In this document: positions 1 through 9,678 of the stretch, in pieces
How the letters are laid out: every line of letters starts with the position of its first letter
Position numbering within the stretch: position 1 is the first letter of the stretch
Origin: Spirochaetia bacterium
GTDB taxonomy: Bacteria; Spirochaetota; Spirochaetia; SZUA-6; Bin103
Direction of reading: 5' to 3'
NCBI GenBank assembly: GCA_965199955.1
Contig: CBDATQ010000001.1
Location: forward strand, 576,001-640,000
Length of the DNA: 64,000 bases
Made by a program: the position numbers and the translations under genes
The notes under the pieces: model-generated
What the model was told of the DNA's origin: nothing
Database searches by the model: none
Seen by the model: only the letters and a program-made list of their open reading frames with translations

Positions 1-2
1 TG

Positions 3-1235
3 GCGGAACAGCACGGCCGACACGATCAGGTACAGCAGATCGGCGGTGGTCGCCCCCAGGCAGGTGTGCGAGCCCAGCCCATACGGGCAGTACACGTTCG
101 GCTGCATGTGCTCCTTGCGCTCCGGGCCGTAGCGGCCGACGTCGAAGCGTTCGGGGTTCGGGAAGAACTCGGGGAGGTGATGGGTCACCGTGTTGGCGAT
201 GAGGCAGTACTCGTCCCTGGGGATCTCGTAGCCCTGGAACTGGAAGGAAGCTATGGACGTACGGGGAAGGGCGGGCGCCGGGGGATGCAGGCGCAGGATC
301 TCCATGGCCGCCCGCCGCGTCTGGATCATCTGGCGCAATGAGTCTCGATCGGGATAGCCGCCGGCGAACGCCAGGTCCGCTTCGGCCACGATCGCGCGGT
401 GCAGCTCAGGATCCCGCAGGATGTGGTACAGCAGGAAGGAGGTGGCGCTGGCCGCGGTGTCCATGCCCGCGATGAACGGACCGATGAGCGCCGCCACGGC
501 GTCCCGTTCGCTCATCAGCCGCGGATGCTCGGCGTGAAACCTGCGGACAAGGTCGACGAAGTCGCCGTCCTGCTCCAAGTGATCGCGCACGTCATGCTCG
601 TCCCAGATGCGGCGGACCATGGCCAGCACCGAGCGCCGGGATGAGACGTAGCGCGGCAGGTACTTCATGAAGCCGGGGCGCACCTTTCGGATGTGGATCT
701 GGACGAGTGCCCGGAAGAAGTAGATCAGGTCGTCCATGATCTCATCCGGTTCCTCGTTCGTCGCCATGTAGCCCAGCACGGACGAGACCAGTCGCTTGAC
801 GTAGGAGAAGGCCGGAATGGGGACCCCGCGCGGCCAGCCCTGCATCAGGTGGAGCTGGCTCGTGACCAGCTTCTCCATCTGGGCGTACAGGGTCCTGCCC
901 GAGTAGCCGTCCTTGAGGCCGGCGCGCATGGTGCGGTGATCGGGGCCGTCCAGCTCGATTAGCGTCGGATTGTCGCCGCCAAGCACCTGGTGGATGTCCT
1001 GCATCACCGCCCCGGACGAGAACAGGCGGTGGCCGTGCTGCTTCATCAGCGCGTTCGCGTCGGGGCCGGCCAGTACCAGCGGGCGATGGTTCAGGATCGG
1101 CACGCGGAACACCGGGCCCAGCCGCTGGTACTGGGTGGTGAGGAAGCTGCTGAGGGCGGTGAGCATCGGCCGGACGTTGCCGATGATCGGCGGCCCCGGA
1201 GCCAGTGGGATGGTGAGAGCGGATGCGGCCGCCAT
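3..1235 (-). CDS. Cytochrome P450 (3' end runs off the window)
   Basis: Manual translation from ATG at 1235 gives I-helix AGMDT, ExxR (EILR), PERF and heme-binding YGLGSHTCLG motifs; absent from the ORF track because there is no stop in the window. Confidence 0.93.
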   Translation of the reverse strand, partial: MAAASALTIPLAPGPPIIGNVRPMLTALSSFLTTQYQRLGPVFRVPILNHRPLVLAGPDANALMKQHGHRLFSSGAVMQDIHQVLGGDNPTLIELDGPDHRTMRAGLKDGYSGRTLYAQMEKLVTSQLHLMQGWPRGVPIPAFSYVKRLVSSVLGYMATNEEPDEIMDDLIYFFRALVQIHIRKVRPGFMKYLPRYVSSRRSVLAMVRRIWDEHDVRDHLEQDGDFVDLVRRFHAEHPRLMSERDAVAALIGPFIAGMDTAASATSFLLYHILRDPELHRAIVAEADLAFAGGYPDRDSLRQMIQTRRAAMEILRLHPPAPALPRTSIASFQFQGYEIPRDEYCLIANTVTHHLPEFFPNPERFDVGRYGPERKEHMQPNVYCPYGLGSHTCLGATTADLLYLIVSAVLFR

Positions 1236-1406
1236 CAGGTTGCCTAAGGTAAGCACGCGTGGACACACCGGCAATCGGCTCGTCGTCAGCCGCACCACTG
1301 CCGCGGGAACGGTCGCCGTGGCCGCTTCTGTCGGAGCCGCTGCCCGACGTGTCCGCGCAGTTCGCGGCCTGCCACCTGGACCGGTGAGCGGCGCCGGCAG
1401 CGCGGA

Positions 1407-2000
1407 TCAGGCCCGGGAGGTCGCGCGCTGCAGGTCGGCGTCCGTGTCGATGTCGAGCTCGCCGCCGGGAAAGTCCACCACCGCAAGCGGTGCGCAGCCG
1501 CGCAGCACGCGCTTCGCGCCGCTGTCACCGGTGAGCGCCGACAGCCGGTCGAACAGCGCCGGCGCGAACAGGACCGGCGCGCCGACGGTGCCCCCATAGG
1601 CACAGGCGACCGCCTGGGCGTCTCCGCGGAGAAAACGCTCGATCAGTCCCGCCAGCACGCGGGCCGTCAACCGAGGCTGATCGCACGGCAGGACGATACA
1701 GCCGGCCGGCCGGTGCGCCGCGGCGGCGCGCATCCCGCATGCGATCGAGGTGCCCACGCCGTCTGCCCAGTCAGGGTTGCTCACGGGCAGGACCGGAAGA
1801 TCCGCAACCGCGGCCCCCACCGAGTCCGACTCGGCGCCAAGCACCACCGCCACCGGCCGGCAGCCGGCGTCCAGCGCCGCCCGAGCGGCTCGGTGCACCA
1901 GCGGCTCGCCATCGATCGGCACCAACTGCTTGGGGCGGCCGAGCCGGGCCGATCCGCCGGCCGCCAGTACCACTGCCGCGATCGGCACGTCCGCGTTCAC
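1407..2000 (-). CDS. mocA: Molybdenum cofactor cytidylyltransferase / MocA-like NTP transferase
   Basis: VVLAAGGSARLGRPKQL, PCDQP, GDSGAK and DIDT motifs; GTG start overlaps the xdhC stop (GTGA). Confidence 0.85.
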   Translation of the reverse strand: MNADVPIAAVVLAAGGSARLGRPKQLVPIDGEPLVHRAARAALDAGCRPVAVVLGAESDSVGAAVADLPVLPVSNPDWADGVGTSIACGMRAAAAHRPAGCIVLPCDQPRLTARVLAGLIERFLRGDAQAVACAYGGTVGAPVLFAPALFDRLSALTGDSGAKRVLRGCAPLAVVDFPGGELDIDTDADLQRATSRA

Positions 2001-3109
2001 GGCGGTCGGTCGTGGATCGGGCTGGCTCGGTCGCGCAGGTGGCCGGCCGTGCGCGCTTCCAGCACGCCCAGGATCTCGGCGATCACCGAGAGCGCGATCT
2101 CTTCCGGCGTCTGCGCGCCCACGTCCAGCCCGGCCGGACAATACAGCCGGCCGCGGTCGGCCGCGTCCCAGCCCGAGTCGGCGATGAGCCGCTCCGCGCG
2201 GGAGCGGGGGCCGACCACTCCCACGTAGGCGGCCGGCGTGGTACGCAGCTCGCGCAGGATGGCCGCGTCGCGGAGGTAGTCGTGGGTCAGAGACACGCAC
2301 GCGGTGCGCGCCCCGGGAGCGATGCGGCGAACCGCCCCGGCCGCGTCGGCGACGTGCAGCACCTCGCTGGCGGCGGGATGACGCTCCGGGTCGGCATGGG
2401 CCGGACGGTGGTCCACCAGCGTCACGTGCAGGCCGACCCGAGCGCCGATCTCCGCCAGGGGAACGGCGTCGTCGCCGGCGCCGAACACCGCCAGCCGCCG
2501 TTCCGGCGTCAGCCCCTCGATGATGACCTGCACGGCGTGCCCGCCCACCGGGTACGGGTTCACGTCGACGCGCTCGGAACCCAGCAGCGACCGCGCGTCC
2601 CGCTCGACGGCCGCCTCAAGGCCCGCGTCGCCCAGGGAGCCGCGCGGCGCGCCGTCCCCGGTCACCAGCAGGCGCGCGCCCAGAGGCGCCGGGCAGCGAC
2701 CGCTCCCCGGCGCCACCACGGTGGCCAGCACGGACGGCTGGCCCCGTACCGAAGGCTCCAGGCAGGCGCGCAGGGACGGCCGGTGCCCGTCGTCGACCGG
2801 CGCGAGCAGGATGTCCACCACGCCCTGGCAGCCGCTGCCCGAGCCCATCAGCACGTCCGCGGGGCCGGTGGTGTCGAAGCGGTGCACGGAGGTTCGACCG
2901 CTGTCCATCGCCCGCCGCGCCCGGTCGTCCAGGTCGAAACATCCTCCCGAGATCATCCCCACCCGCTCTCCGCCGGCGCCGAACAGCATGCGCGCGCCGG
3001 CTCGGCGGTAGCTCGAACCGTCGACCTGCACGACGGTGGCCACCGCGCCGGGCCGGCCGTCCCGCTCCAGGGCGCTCAGGTAGTCGAGCAGCCGCTCGCG
3101 TTCGGTCAT
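1997..3109 (-). CDS. xdhC: XdhC/CoxI family molybdoenzyme maturation factor
   Basis: GSSYRRAGARM, ISGGC, GSGCQG, VFGAGDDA and GLDVGAQTPEEIALS motifs. Confidence 0.92.
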   Translation of the reverse strand: MTERERLLDYLSALERDGRPGAVATVVQVDGSSYRRAGARMLFGAGGERVGMISGGCFDLDDRARRAMDSGRTSVHRFDTTGPADVLMGSGSGCQGVVDILLAPVDDGHRPSLRACLEPSVRGQPSVLATVVAPGSGRCPAPLGARLLVTGDGAPRGSLGDAGLEAAVERDARSLLGSERVDVNPYPVGGHAVQVIIEGLTPERRLAVFGAGDDAVPLAEIGARVGLHVTLVDHRPAHADPERHPAASEVLHVADAAGAVRRIAPGARTACVSLTHDYLRDAAILRELRTTPAAYVGVVGPRSRAERLIADSGWDAADRGRLYCPAGLDVGAQTPEEIALSVIAEILGVLEARTAGHLRDRASPIHDRPP

Positions 3110-3122
3110 GTCCTTTCTCCCG

Positions 3123-3662
3123 CTATGCGCCGGGGGCGTACAGCAGCGCGTAGATCAGCACCCCGGTGACCGACACGTACAGCCAGATGGGGAGCGTCAC
3201 GCGCGCCAGGGGGCGATGGCCGGGGTGACGGGTCCAGCCGCGCCTCAGCGTCACGAGCGCGAGCGGTACGATCGTGATGGCGAGGATGATGTGGGTCACC
3301 AGGACGGGGTAGTACAGCCACGGCGCCGATCCCTCGTAGGGCTTCGCGCCGCCGGCAGCGAAGTGATAGATCAGGTACCCGGTGAGGAACAGCGTCGAGG
3401 CCGCGAAGGCCGCCAGCACGAGCGCCCGATGGGCGCCGACCGCGCCACGCCGGATGGCGATGAAGGCCGCCACCAGCAGGACGGCGGCGATCGCGTTCCA
3501 GGTCGTGTTCACGGCCGGCAGCGCCGACACGTCGAGCCGCGACGCCGTGCGCTCGCCGGTGACGACGAAGGTAATCGCCGCCACGGCGGCCACGCTGAAG
3601 ATGGCGATGATCGTCAGCCAGAAGCGATCAGCGGCGGCGCGCTCGGCCGCGGTACGGGGCAT
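3123..3662 (-). CDS. DUF420 family membrane protein
   Basis: LPAVNTTWN, FLTGYLIYH, THIILA and IWLYVSVTG motifs; start reassigned to ATG 3662. Confidence 0.85.
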   Translation of the reverse strand: MPRTAAERAAADRFWLTIIAIFSVAAVAAITFVVTGERTASRLDVSALPAVNTTWNAIAAVLLVAAFIAIRRGAVGAHRALVLAAFAASTLFLTGYLIYHFAAGGAKPYEGSAPWLYYPVLVTHIILAITIVPLALVTLRRGWTRHPGHRPLARVTLPIWLYVSVTGVLIYALLYAPGA

Positions 3663-3668
3663 GGATAG

Positions 3669-4469
3669 ATGAGTATACCGGCAGCAGGCGAGGGGACAGT
3701 CGTGCAGCGCGCGCTGGTGATCACCGATCGCGCGCTGGCGGCCGCGGGCGGTGAGGCGGCGGTGCGCAGGCGTTGCGAAGAGCACGCGCTGGACATGGAA
3801 TTCGCGCTGCGCCGCGAGCACGAGCGCGGCGGCCTGGACCTGCAGGCATCGTGGCTGATCGACGGCCGCGCGCGCGGCTTCGTGGTGGCGCTGGGCGCCG
3901 ACCGGGCGGCGGATGCCGGCTTCCACCTGTCCGTATGCGGTTCGATCGGCGCCGTGCTGAACCACGTGCGGGCGGTGTGGGACGAGCGGCCGACCTTCTC
4001 GTCGTGGCGTGCCGCGGCGGCCACCGTCGCGCGGCTCCGCTCCCGCGGCCGGTTGGTGTTCACCAACGGCGTCTTCGACCTGCTGCATGCCGGCCACCTG
4101 CGGTCGCTGGAGCATGCGCGCGGCCTGGGCGGGGCGCTGGTGGTCGGCCTCAACAGCGACGCCTCCGCGAGGGGGCTGCGGCCGGCCGGCCGGCCGGTGA
4201 TCGGCCAGTTCGCGCGCGCCGAGCTGCTGGCGGCGCTACGGTGCGTGGACGCGGTCATCGTCTTCGACGAGCCCGATCCGCTGCGCCTGATCGAGGCGGT
4301 GCGCCCCGACGTGCTGGTCAAGGGCGGCAGCTATATGGCCGATCGGGTGGACGGCGGTGCCGAGGTGCGCGCGGCCGGCGGGGTGGTGGCGCTGTCGCCG
4401 GTGCTTGCCGGCACCTCCACCAGCGCCATCGTCGAGCGGATCACCGGAGGAGGCGCCGGCAAGCGCTGA
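3669..4469 (+). CDS. RfaE/HldE-type ADP-heptose adenylyltransferase with an N-terminal extra domain
   Basis: LVFTNGVFDLLHAGH, VGLNSDAS, RPDVLVKGG and STSAI motifs; start may be GTG 3702. Confidence 0.85.
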   Translation: MSIPAAGEGTVVQRALVITDRALAAAGGEAAVRRRCEEHALDMEFALRREHERGGLDLQASWLIDGRARGFVVALGADRAADAGFHLSVCGSIGAVLNHVRAVWDERPTFSSWRAAAATVARLRSRGRLVFTNGVFDLLHAGHLRSLEHARGLGGALVVGLNSDASARGLRPAGRPVIGQFARAELLAALRCVDAVIVFDEPDPLRLIEAVRPDVLVKGGSYMADRVDGGAEVRAAGGVVALSPVLAGTSTSAIVERITGGGAGKR

Positions 4470-5343
4470 GCACCGGATCGACGCCGATGTCATCCATCGA
4501 TGCGCCGGCTGGCGGCGCCGGCACGGCTGCGCAGCGATCGCCAGGGGTGATCTTCGACGGCGTGACCACCAGCACGGGGCTGCCGGACGGGGCCGGCGCC
4601 CACACCGCGGCGTCGCTGACCGCGAACAGCGCCACGACCGGCACCGAGAGCGCGGCGACCATGTGGGAGAGTCCCGAGTCATTGCCCAGTACCACGGCGC
4701 AGGAAGCGATCGCCTGAGCGGTGCCCGTGATCGGCCGGCCGCGCACGACCAGGTCGACGTCGGCGGCCGGCGGGCGCAGCTCCTCCTCGGCCGGGCCGAG
4801 TAGCCACATCACCTCCGCGTGCGGGCGGAGAGCATCCGCGACGGCAGCGAAGCGCTCCAGCGGCCAGTTCTTGCGAGCGCTGCCCGATCCGGGCGCGATG
4901 CCGATGCGGCGGCGTCTCCGCTCGGCAGGAAGCTGAAGCGCTGGCGCGCGATCGTCGGCAGGTGCGGCGCCAACCGCCCGCAGGTGATGCCCGACGACCG
5001 GCTCCCGGCGCGCCGGCAGTGGAGGCACCACGCTGACCGGGCCGGACACCGCCGAGGCCAGCGCCTGCTCGATGGGACCGCCCGGCGCCGTGAACGCCAG
5101 CGCCGCGTCGATCGGCGCCGGAAGGGCAGGCGGCGCGCCTCGATACGCGCTGGCGAACCAGGCTGCGCCGGCGTCCCAGCGATCGCCGACGATGCCTGCC
5201 GCCTGCAACAACTCGCCGGGACGCCCGCGGCCGAGCAGCACCGGCCGCCCGGCGTCGCGGTCTCGGACCCAGTGCTCGATCGCCGGCACGGCGACGATCA
5301 GATCGCCCAGCGCGCCAGCGTGATAGACAAGCGCCGTTCTCAC
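4441..5343 (-). CDS. Glycosyltransferase family 9 (heptosyltransferase-like)
   Basis: HAGALGD, PGSGSARKNWP and GNDSGLSHM motifs; start reassigned to GTG 5343. Confidence 0.88.
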   Translation of the reverse strand: MRTALVYHAGALGDLIVAVPAIEHWVRDRDAGRPVLLGRGRPGELLQAAGIVGDRWDAGAAWFASAYRGAPPALPAPIDAALAFTAPGGPIEQALASAVSGPVSVVPPLPARREPVVGHHLRAVGAAPADDRAPALQLPAERRRRRIGIAPGSGSARKNWPLERFAAVADALRPHAEVMWLLGPAEEELRPPAADVDLVVRGRPITGTAQAIASCAVVLGNDSGLSHMVAALSVPVVALFAVSDAAVWAPAPSGSPVLVVTPSKITPGDRCAAVPAPPAGASMDDIGVDPVLSACRRLLR

Positions 5344-5371
5344 GCCTGCAAGACGATAGACTACGCACGCC

Positions 5372-6358
5372 ATGGGAAGCGGCGACGCCGGGACGGCAGG
5401 CGAAGGAATCCCCCGGCCGCGCGGCGTCGCGTGGGCGTCCCTCACGCTGGTCCGTGGAGTGGCGATGGGAGTCGTCGAGCTCGTGCCCGGCGTGAGCGGC
5501 GGCACCATGGCGCTGGTCCTGGGCATCTACGGAGAGCTGATCAACGCGGTCGACAGCACGTTCGCGTGGATCGGACGGGGGCTGCGCCGGCTGCTGCCGG
5601 ACCGCGCCCGCGTCGCCGGCCGTGGGGTCACGCCGCCCTTCCCGTTCCTGGCACTGCTGCTGATCGGTATGGCGGTGGCGGTGCTCGCGGGCAGCCACCT
5701 GGTCACGGAGTTGCTGAGCACCGCACCGGGGCCGACCTACGCGTTCTTCTGTGGCCTGGTGCTGGCATCGGTGGCCACGCCGTGGCGGCTGATGGAGCGG
5801 CGCGGCCCGGCCGAGGTGGCCGTGATCCTGTGCGCGGCGGCCGCGAGCTTCCTGGCCACCGGCCTGCGCGCGGCGGAGGCCGGCACGCCCACGCTCCCGT
5901 TCCTGCTGGTCTGCGGGGCGCTGGCGGTGGCCGTGCTGATGCTGCCAGGGGTGAGCGGCTCGTTCGTGCTGCTCGCGCTCGGATCCTACGGCTACGTGAT
6001 CGAACGCGTGCGCGGCCTCACCGTCGGCGAGATCGGCGACTCCGTCCTGCCGCTGGCGGTGTTCGGGATCGGCGTGCTGCTGGGGCTGGCCACGGTCACG
6101 CGGATCATCTCCTGGCTGCTCACGCGCCACCGGTCGCTCACCCTGGCTGCCCTCACCGGGCTGATGCTGGGATCGGTTCGGGCGCTCGCGCCCTTCTACC
6201 GGGACGGGCAGTTGGTGCCGCTCCGAGAGATTGGGACCCTCGGTGCCGAGCTGGGTCCCCTGGCGGTTGCGGCCGCAGCCGGCGCGGCAACGGTGGTGCT
6301 GCTGTCGCTGGCTGCGCGTCCGGCCAGGCTGTCGCGATTGCCACCGCCCAGGGATTGA
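5372..6358 (+). CDS. DUF368 family membrane protein
   Basis: GVAMGVVELVPGVSGGTMALVLGIY and MLPGVSGSFVLL repeats. Confidence 0.9.
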   Translation: MGSGDAGTAGEGIPRPRGVAWASLTLVRGVAMGVVELVPGVSGGTMALVLGIYGELINAVDSTFAWIGRGLRRLLPDRARVAGRGVTPPFPFLALLLIGMAVAVLAGSHLVTELLSTAPGPTYAFFCGLVLASVATPWRLMERRGPAEVAVILCAAAASFLATGLRAAEAGTPTLPFLLVCGALAVAVLMLPGVSGSFVLLALGSYGYVIERVRGLTVGEIGDSVLPLAVFGIGVLLGLATVTRIISWLLTRHRSLTLAALTGLMLGSVRALAPFYRDGQLVPLREIGTLGAELGPLAVAAAAGAATVVLLSLAARPARLSRLPPPRD

Positions 6359-6472
6359 AGCCGCCGCCGGGGGCGCTCATTGGCCATGAGCTGTAGCAGG
6401 AGGCACTGGTGGGAGAGCCGGTGATGCTGCGGGACGAGGACGTCGGCCGCGTTTCGGCCGGGGTCGGTCCGA

Positions 6473-7477
6473 CTACGAAGGCGCCAGGCTGACGCGCGTA
6501 CCGGTGCGAGCCGATTCGTGGGCGGCCTCGATCGCGCTCAGGGTGCCGACGGCGAAGTCGGCGGTGAGCGGCTCGTCGCCCGGCGCCGCCAGGCGGTCCT
6601 GGAAGTGGGCGATGGCAGGCGCGAACGCCGGGCCGCCGTTGTCCAGGGTGATCACCTCGCGACGGTCGCCGCAGGTGAGATGGATCGTGCTCTCCTCCGG
6701 CGGATGGTACGGCTCCGGCACATGGATGGTGCCGGCGCTGCCGGTGATGGTGACGCCGCGGTGCCGATGGTCGTCGAACCCTCCCATCGCGACCGCCTGC
6801 ACGCCGTCCGGGAGCTCGAGCAGCAGGCTGGCGGCGCCGTCGACGCCGAAACGGTCGTCGTAGCGGACGGCCGCCTGCACGGTGAGCGGCTCGGCGCTCA
6901 GCAGGTGGCGGATGTAGGCGATCGGGTAGCACACCACGTCGAGCATCCCGCCGCCGCCCAGTTCCGGGTCCATGCGGATGTCGCCGGCGCGCTCGGTCCG
7001 ATCGAAGAAGAAGCTCATGTGGGCGGTGATCTGGCTGACCGTGCCGATGCGGCCGCCCGCGATCAGGTCGCCGACCACCCGCGTCTGCGGGTGGTAGCGG
7101 AAGACGAACGCCTCCACCAGCGGGACGCCCAGCTCCCGGCAGCGCGCCGCCAGGCGCGCGGCGCTGTCGCTGGCATCGGTGAGCGGCTTCTCGCAGAACA
7201 CGGGAATGCCGCGCTCGGCCGCCGCCAGCGTCCAGCGCTCGTGCTCGGAGTTGGGAAGCGGCACGTACAGCGCATCGACGGCACCGGAGTCCAGCAGCTC
7301 CGGGTACGACCCGCATGCGCGCGCGGCGCCTTGGGCGGCGGCAAACGCCTGCGCGCGTGCCGCGTCGCGGCTGGCGACAGCGGCGAGCTTCGCGCCGCGC
7401 ACCGTGCGCAGCGCCGGTATGAAGACGTTGGCGGCGATCTGCGCGGTTCCCAGGACTCCCCAGCGCACCGTGTTCAT
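6473..7477 (-). CDS. Gfo/Idh/MocA family oxidoreductase
   Basis: RWGVLGTAQIA, CEKP and GGGGMLDV motifs. Confidence 0.92.
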   Translation of the reverse strand: MNTVRWGVLGTAQIAANVFIPALRTVRGAKLAAVASRDAARAQAFAAAQGAARACGSYPELLDSGAVDALYVPLPNSEHERWTLAAAERGIPVFCEKPLTDASDSAARLAARCRELGVPLVEAFVFRYHPQTRVVGDLIAGGRIGTVSQITAHMSFFFDRTERAGDIRMDPELGGGGMLDVVCYPIAYIRHLLSAEPLTVQAAVRYDDRFGVDGAASLLLELPDGVQAVAMGGFDDHRHRGVTITGSAGTIHVPEPYHPPEESTIHLTCGDRREVITLDNGGPAFAPAIAHFQDRLAAPGDEPLTADFAVGTLSAIEAAHESARTGTRVSLAPS

Positions 7478-9678
7478 GACGCCTCCAGTGTACCGTGCTC
7501 TGCGCGCCGGCCGGGAAGCAGCGACCGCAGCCGGCTGCGGCGCCGGATTCGCCTGACCGCGGCTGCGGCGCGCGCGGCGCCTGCGACCTCGGCCGTGGTG
7601 GGCTGGTAGCCGGCGTAGGCGACGCGGACGAACAGGCCCACGAACTCACGCAGCGCGCTCGCCGCCTCCGGCAGGAGGGCGCCGAAGGACCGTTCCCACG
7701 ACAGCCAGCCGGTCTCCTCCGGAAGCGGGATGCCGGCGCGGGCGCCGAGCCTGACGTAGCGTTGCGCGACGCGACCGATCGGGCTGGCGCGCAGCGAGGC
7801 GCGGGCCGACAGGACCAGGCGTACGACCACCCAGACGACGACGGCGAGCATCAGCGCCGCGGCGGCGGCCAGCATCGGCCGCGTGTTCAGCGCACGGCGC
7901 TCGGCCCGAAATTCCTGGCCGAGCATGGAGGAAAGTTGCCGGGCGGTGGCCGAATCGAGCCGTATGTCCTCGTCCACCGTCGGCAACTCCTCGGCCTCCG
8001 CCTGGCCCAGGTTCGGCACGAAGCCGGGATTGACTGCCGGGGTCGCCTCCCAGGTGGTCCAGCCGTGTTCGCCCATCCACACCTCCGCCCAGGTGTGCGC
8101 CGCCAGGCCGGTGACCACCGCTTCCGTGGTGACCAGCTCCGCGGCGTCCAGATCCGGGTCCTCCAGCTCGTCGAGACCGGTCACGATGGCGTCGAGCGAC
8201 GTCACCGGGAAGTGGACGAGGTAGCCGGACACGTAGCGGGCATGGATGCCGTGGAGGCGGGCGAAGATGGTGAAGGCGGAGGCGAAGTGGACGCAATAGC
8301 CCTCCCGTTCGCCCGTCAGAAAGTGACCGATGAAGTCCTCGCCACGGGAAGGTGTCGGGGGTGTCAGCGAGTACACGGCGTTCGACTTGAGGAAGCGCTC
8401 GATGCTGCGGAGCCGCTCGGTGGTGCTGTCGGCTCCCTCGGTCACCTCGTGCGCCAGTGCCCGGACCTCCGCGGGCAGGCTGGCCGGTACCTGCAGGTAG
8501 CGGTTGTCGGTCGGCGGAGCGAGAAAGCGGGTGAGCGGATCGCGCCGCAGCGTGATCGACAGGCCGCGCAGGATCGGCTCCTCCGGGAAGAAACCGCGGG
8601 CGTAGTCCGCGACAGCGAGCCGTGGCGCGTACGGGGTGACGCCGAAGTCGACCGTATCGACGGTGTGCGGCAACCGGTCGTACGCGTCGGCGAGCAGCTC
8701 GACCCGCACGTCCGAGTCGCTGCCTTCGCGGGGCGGCGGAAAGTTGATGAAGCGTGCCGTGTCGCCGGCGTCCGCCGCCTCCTCCCGTGTGAACGCCCAG
8801 GTGGTGCCGTCGTAGTGGTCGAACACCTCCGTGCGCAGGTAGATCGTGCGCCCCTCGGGCGAGTAGACGCGCAGCAGCGGCAGAGGCGACAGCACCGGCG
8901 TGCCGCCCAGGCGGCGCTCCTCGTGCTGGGTGCCGAACCCGGGAATGGAGTACAGCAGCGGGAAGCGCGGGAAGGTGGCGGAGATCGCCCCGCGCATGCG
9001 CGGGTGCAGCACCAGGTTGACGAAGTAGTTGCCGCCGGCCGCGCGCGGGAACAGCAGGCCCACCCCGGTGGCCAGCAGCACGATGACGGCGGCGAACAGC
9101 ACGGAGCCGCCGGTGCGCTCCACGCCACGGCTGCCGAGGACGACCAGGGCCAGCACGACCGCCGCCAGGGTGAGCAGGTTGAGGAGCGTCGACTGCACGA
9201 TCAGCGCCGCCAGGCCCACGCCCAGCACCGCCAGGACGGCCGCCGCCAGGCCGAAGCCGCTCGACAGCACCACGCCGGACGCCGACGAGAACGCCCAGGC
9301 GGCGATCAGCGCGAACAGGTTGGACACCGCTCCCTGCTGCTCGCCGGCGTGCACCTCCGCGAACCAGAGCCGGTAGGAGGAGAACGGCGTGATGAGAATG
9401 CCGACCAGGATCGACACGCCGAACAGCGCCGAGGCGGCGGCTGCCGTCCAGCGCAGCGGCTTGGCGGCAGTCGCCGGCACGAAGGCCGCGGCGATCTGCA
9501 GGGCCACCACCGCGCCGGTGAGGCCGAGCAGCAGCACGACGGACACATTGGCGCGCAACAGCCACCAGACGGCCAGCGGCAGCGCCAGCGCCGTCGCCGC
9601 CGCCGTCGCGGCCCGCAGGTGCTCGGGCTCAGGCCGAACGGCCGAGAGCCAGCGGCGCAGTCGCACGGAGATCTCCAC
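7474..9678 (-). CDS. Membrane-anchored transglutaminase-like protein (TgpA type)
   Basis: Multi-TM N-terminus; GYCVHFASA, ARYVSGY and AHTWAEVW motifs. Confidence 0.88.
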   Translation of the reverse strand: MEISVRLRRWLSAVRPEPEHLRAATAAATALALPLAVWWLLRANVSVVLLLGLTGAVVALQIAAAFVPATAAKPLRWTAAAASALFGVSILVGILITPFSSYRLWFAEVHAGEQQGAVSNLFALIAAWAFSSASGVVLSSGFGLAAAVLAVLGVGLAALIVQSTLLNLLTLAAVVLALVVLGSRGVERTGGSVLFAAVIVLLATGVGLLFPRAAGGNYFVNLVLHPRMRGAISATFPRFPLLYSIPGFGTQHEERRLGGTPVLSPLPLLRVYSPEGRTIYLRTEVFDHYDGTTWAFTREEAADAGDTARFINFPPPREGSDSDVRVELLADAYDRLPHTVDTVDFGVTPYAPRLAVADYARGFFPEEPILRGLSITLRRDPLTRFLAPPTDNRYLQVPASLPAEVRALAHEVTEGADSTTERLRSIERFLKSNAVYSLTPPTPSRGEDFIGHFLTGEREGYCVHFASAFTIFARLHGIHARYVSGYLVHFPVTSLDAIVTGLDELEDPDLDAAELVTTEAVVTGLAAHTWAEVWMGEHGWTTWEATPAVNPGFVPNLGQAEAEELPTVDEDIRLDSATARQLSSMLGQEFRAERRALNTRPMLAAAAALMLAVVVWVVVRLVLSARASLRASPIGRVAQRYVRLGARAGIPLPEETGWLSWERSFGALLPEAASALREFVGLFVRVAYAGYQPTTAEVAGAARAAAAVRRIRRRSRLRSLLPGRRAEHGTLEAS

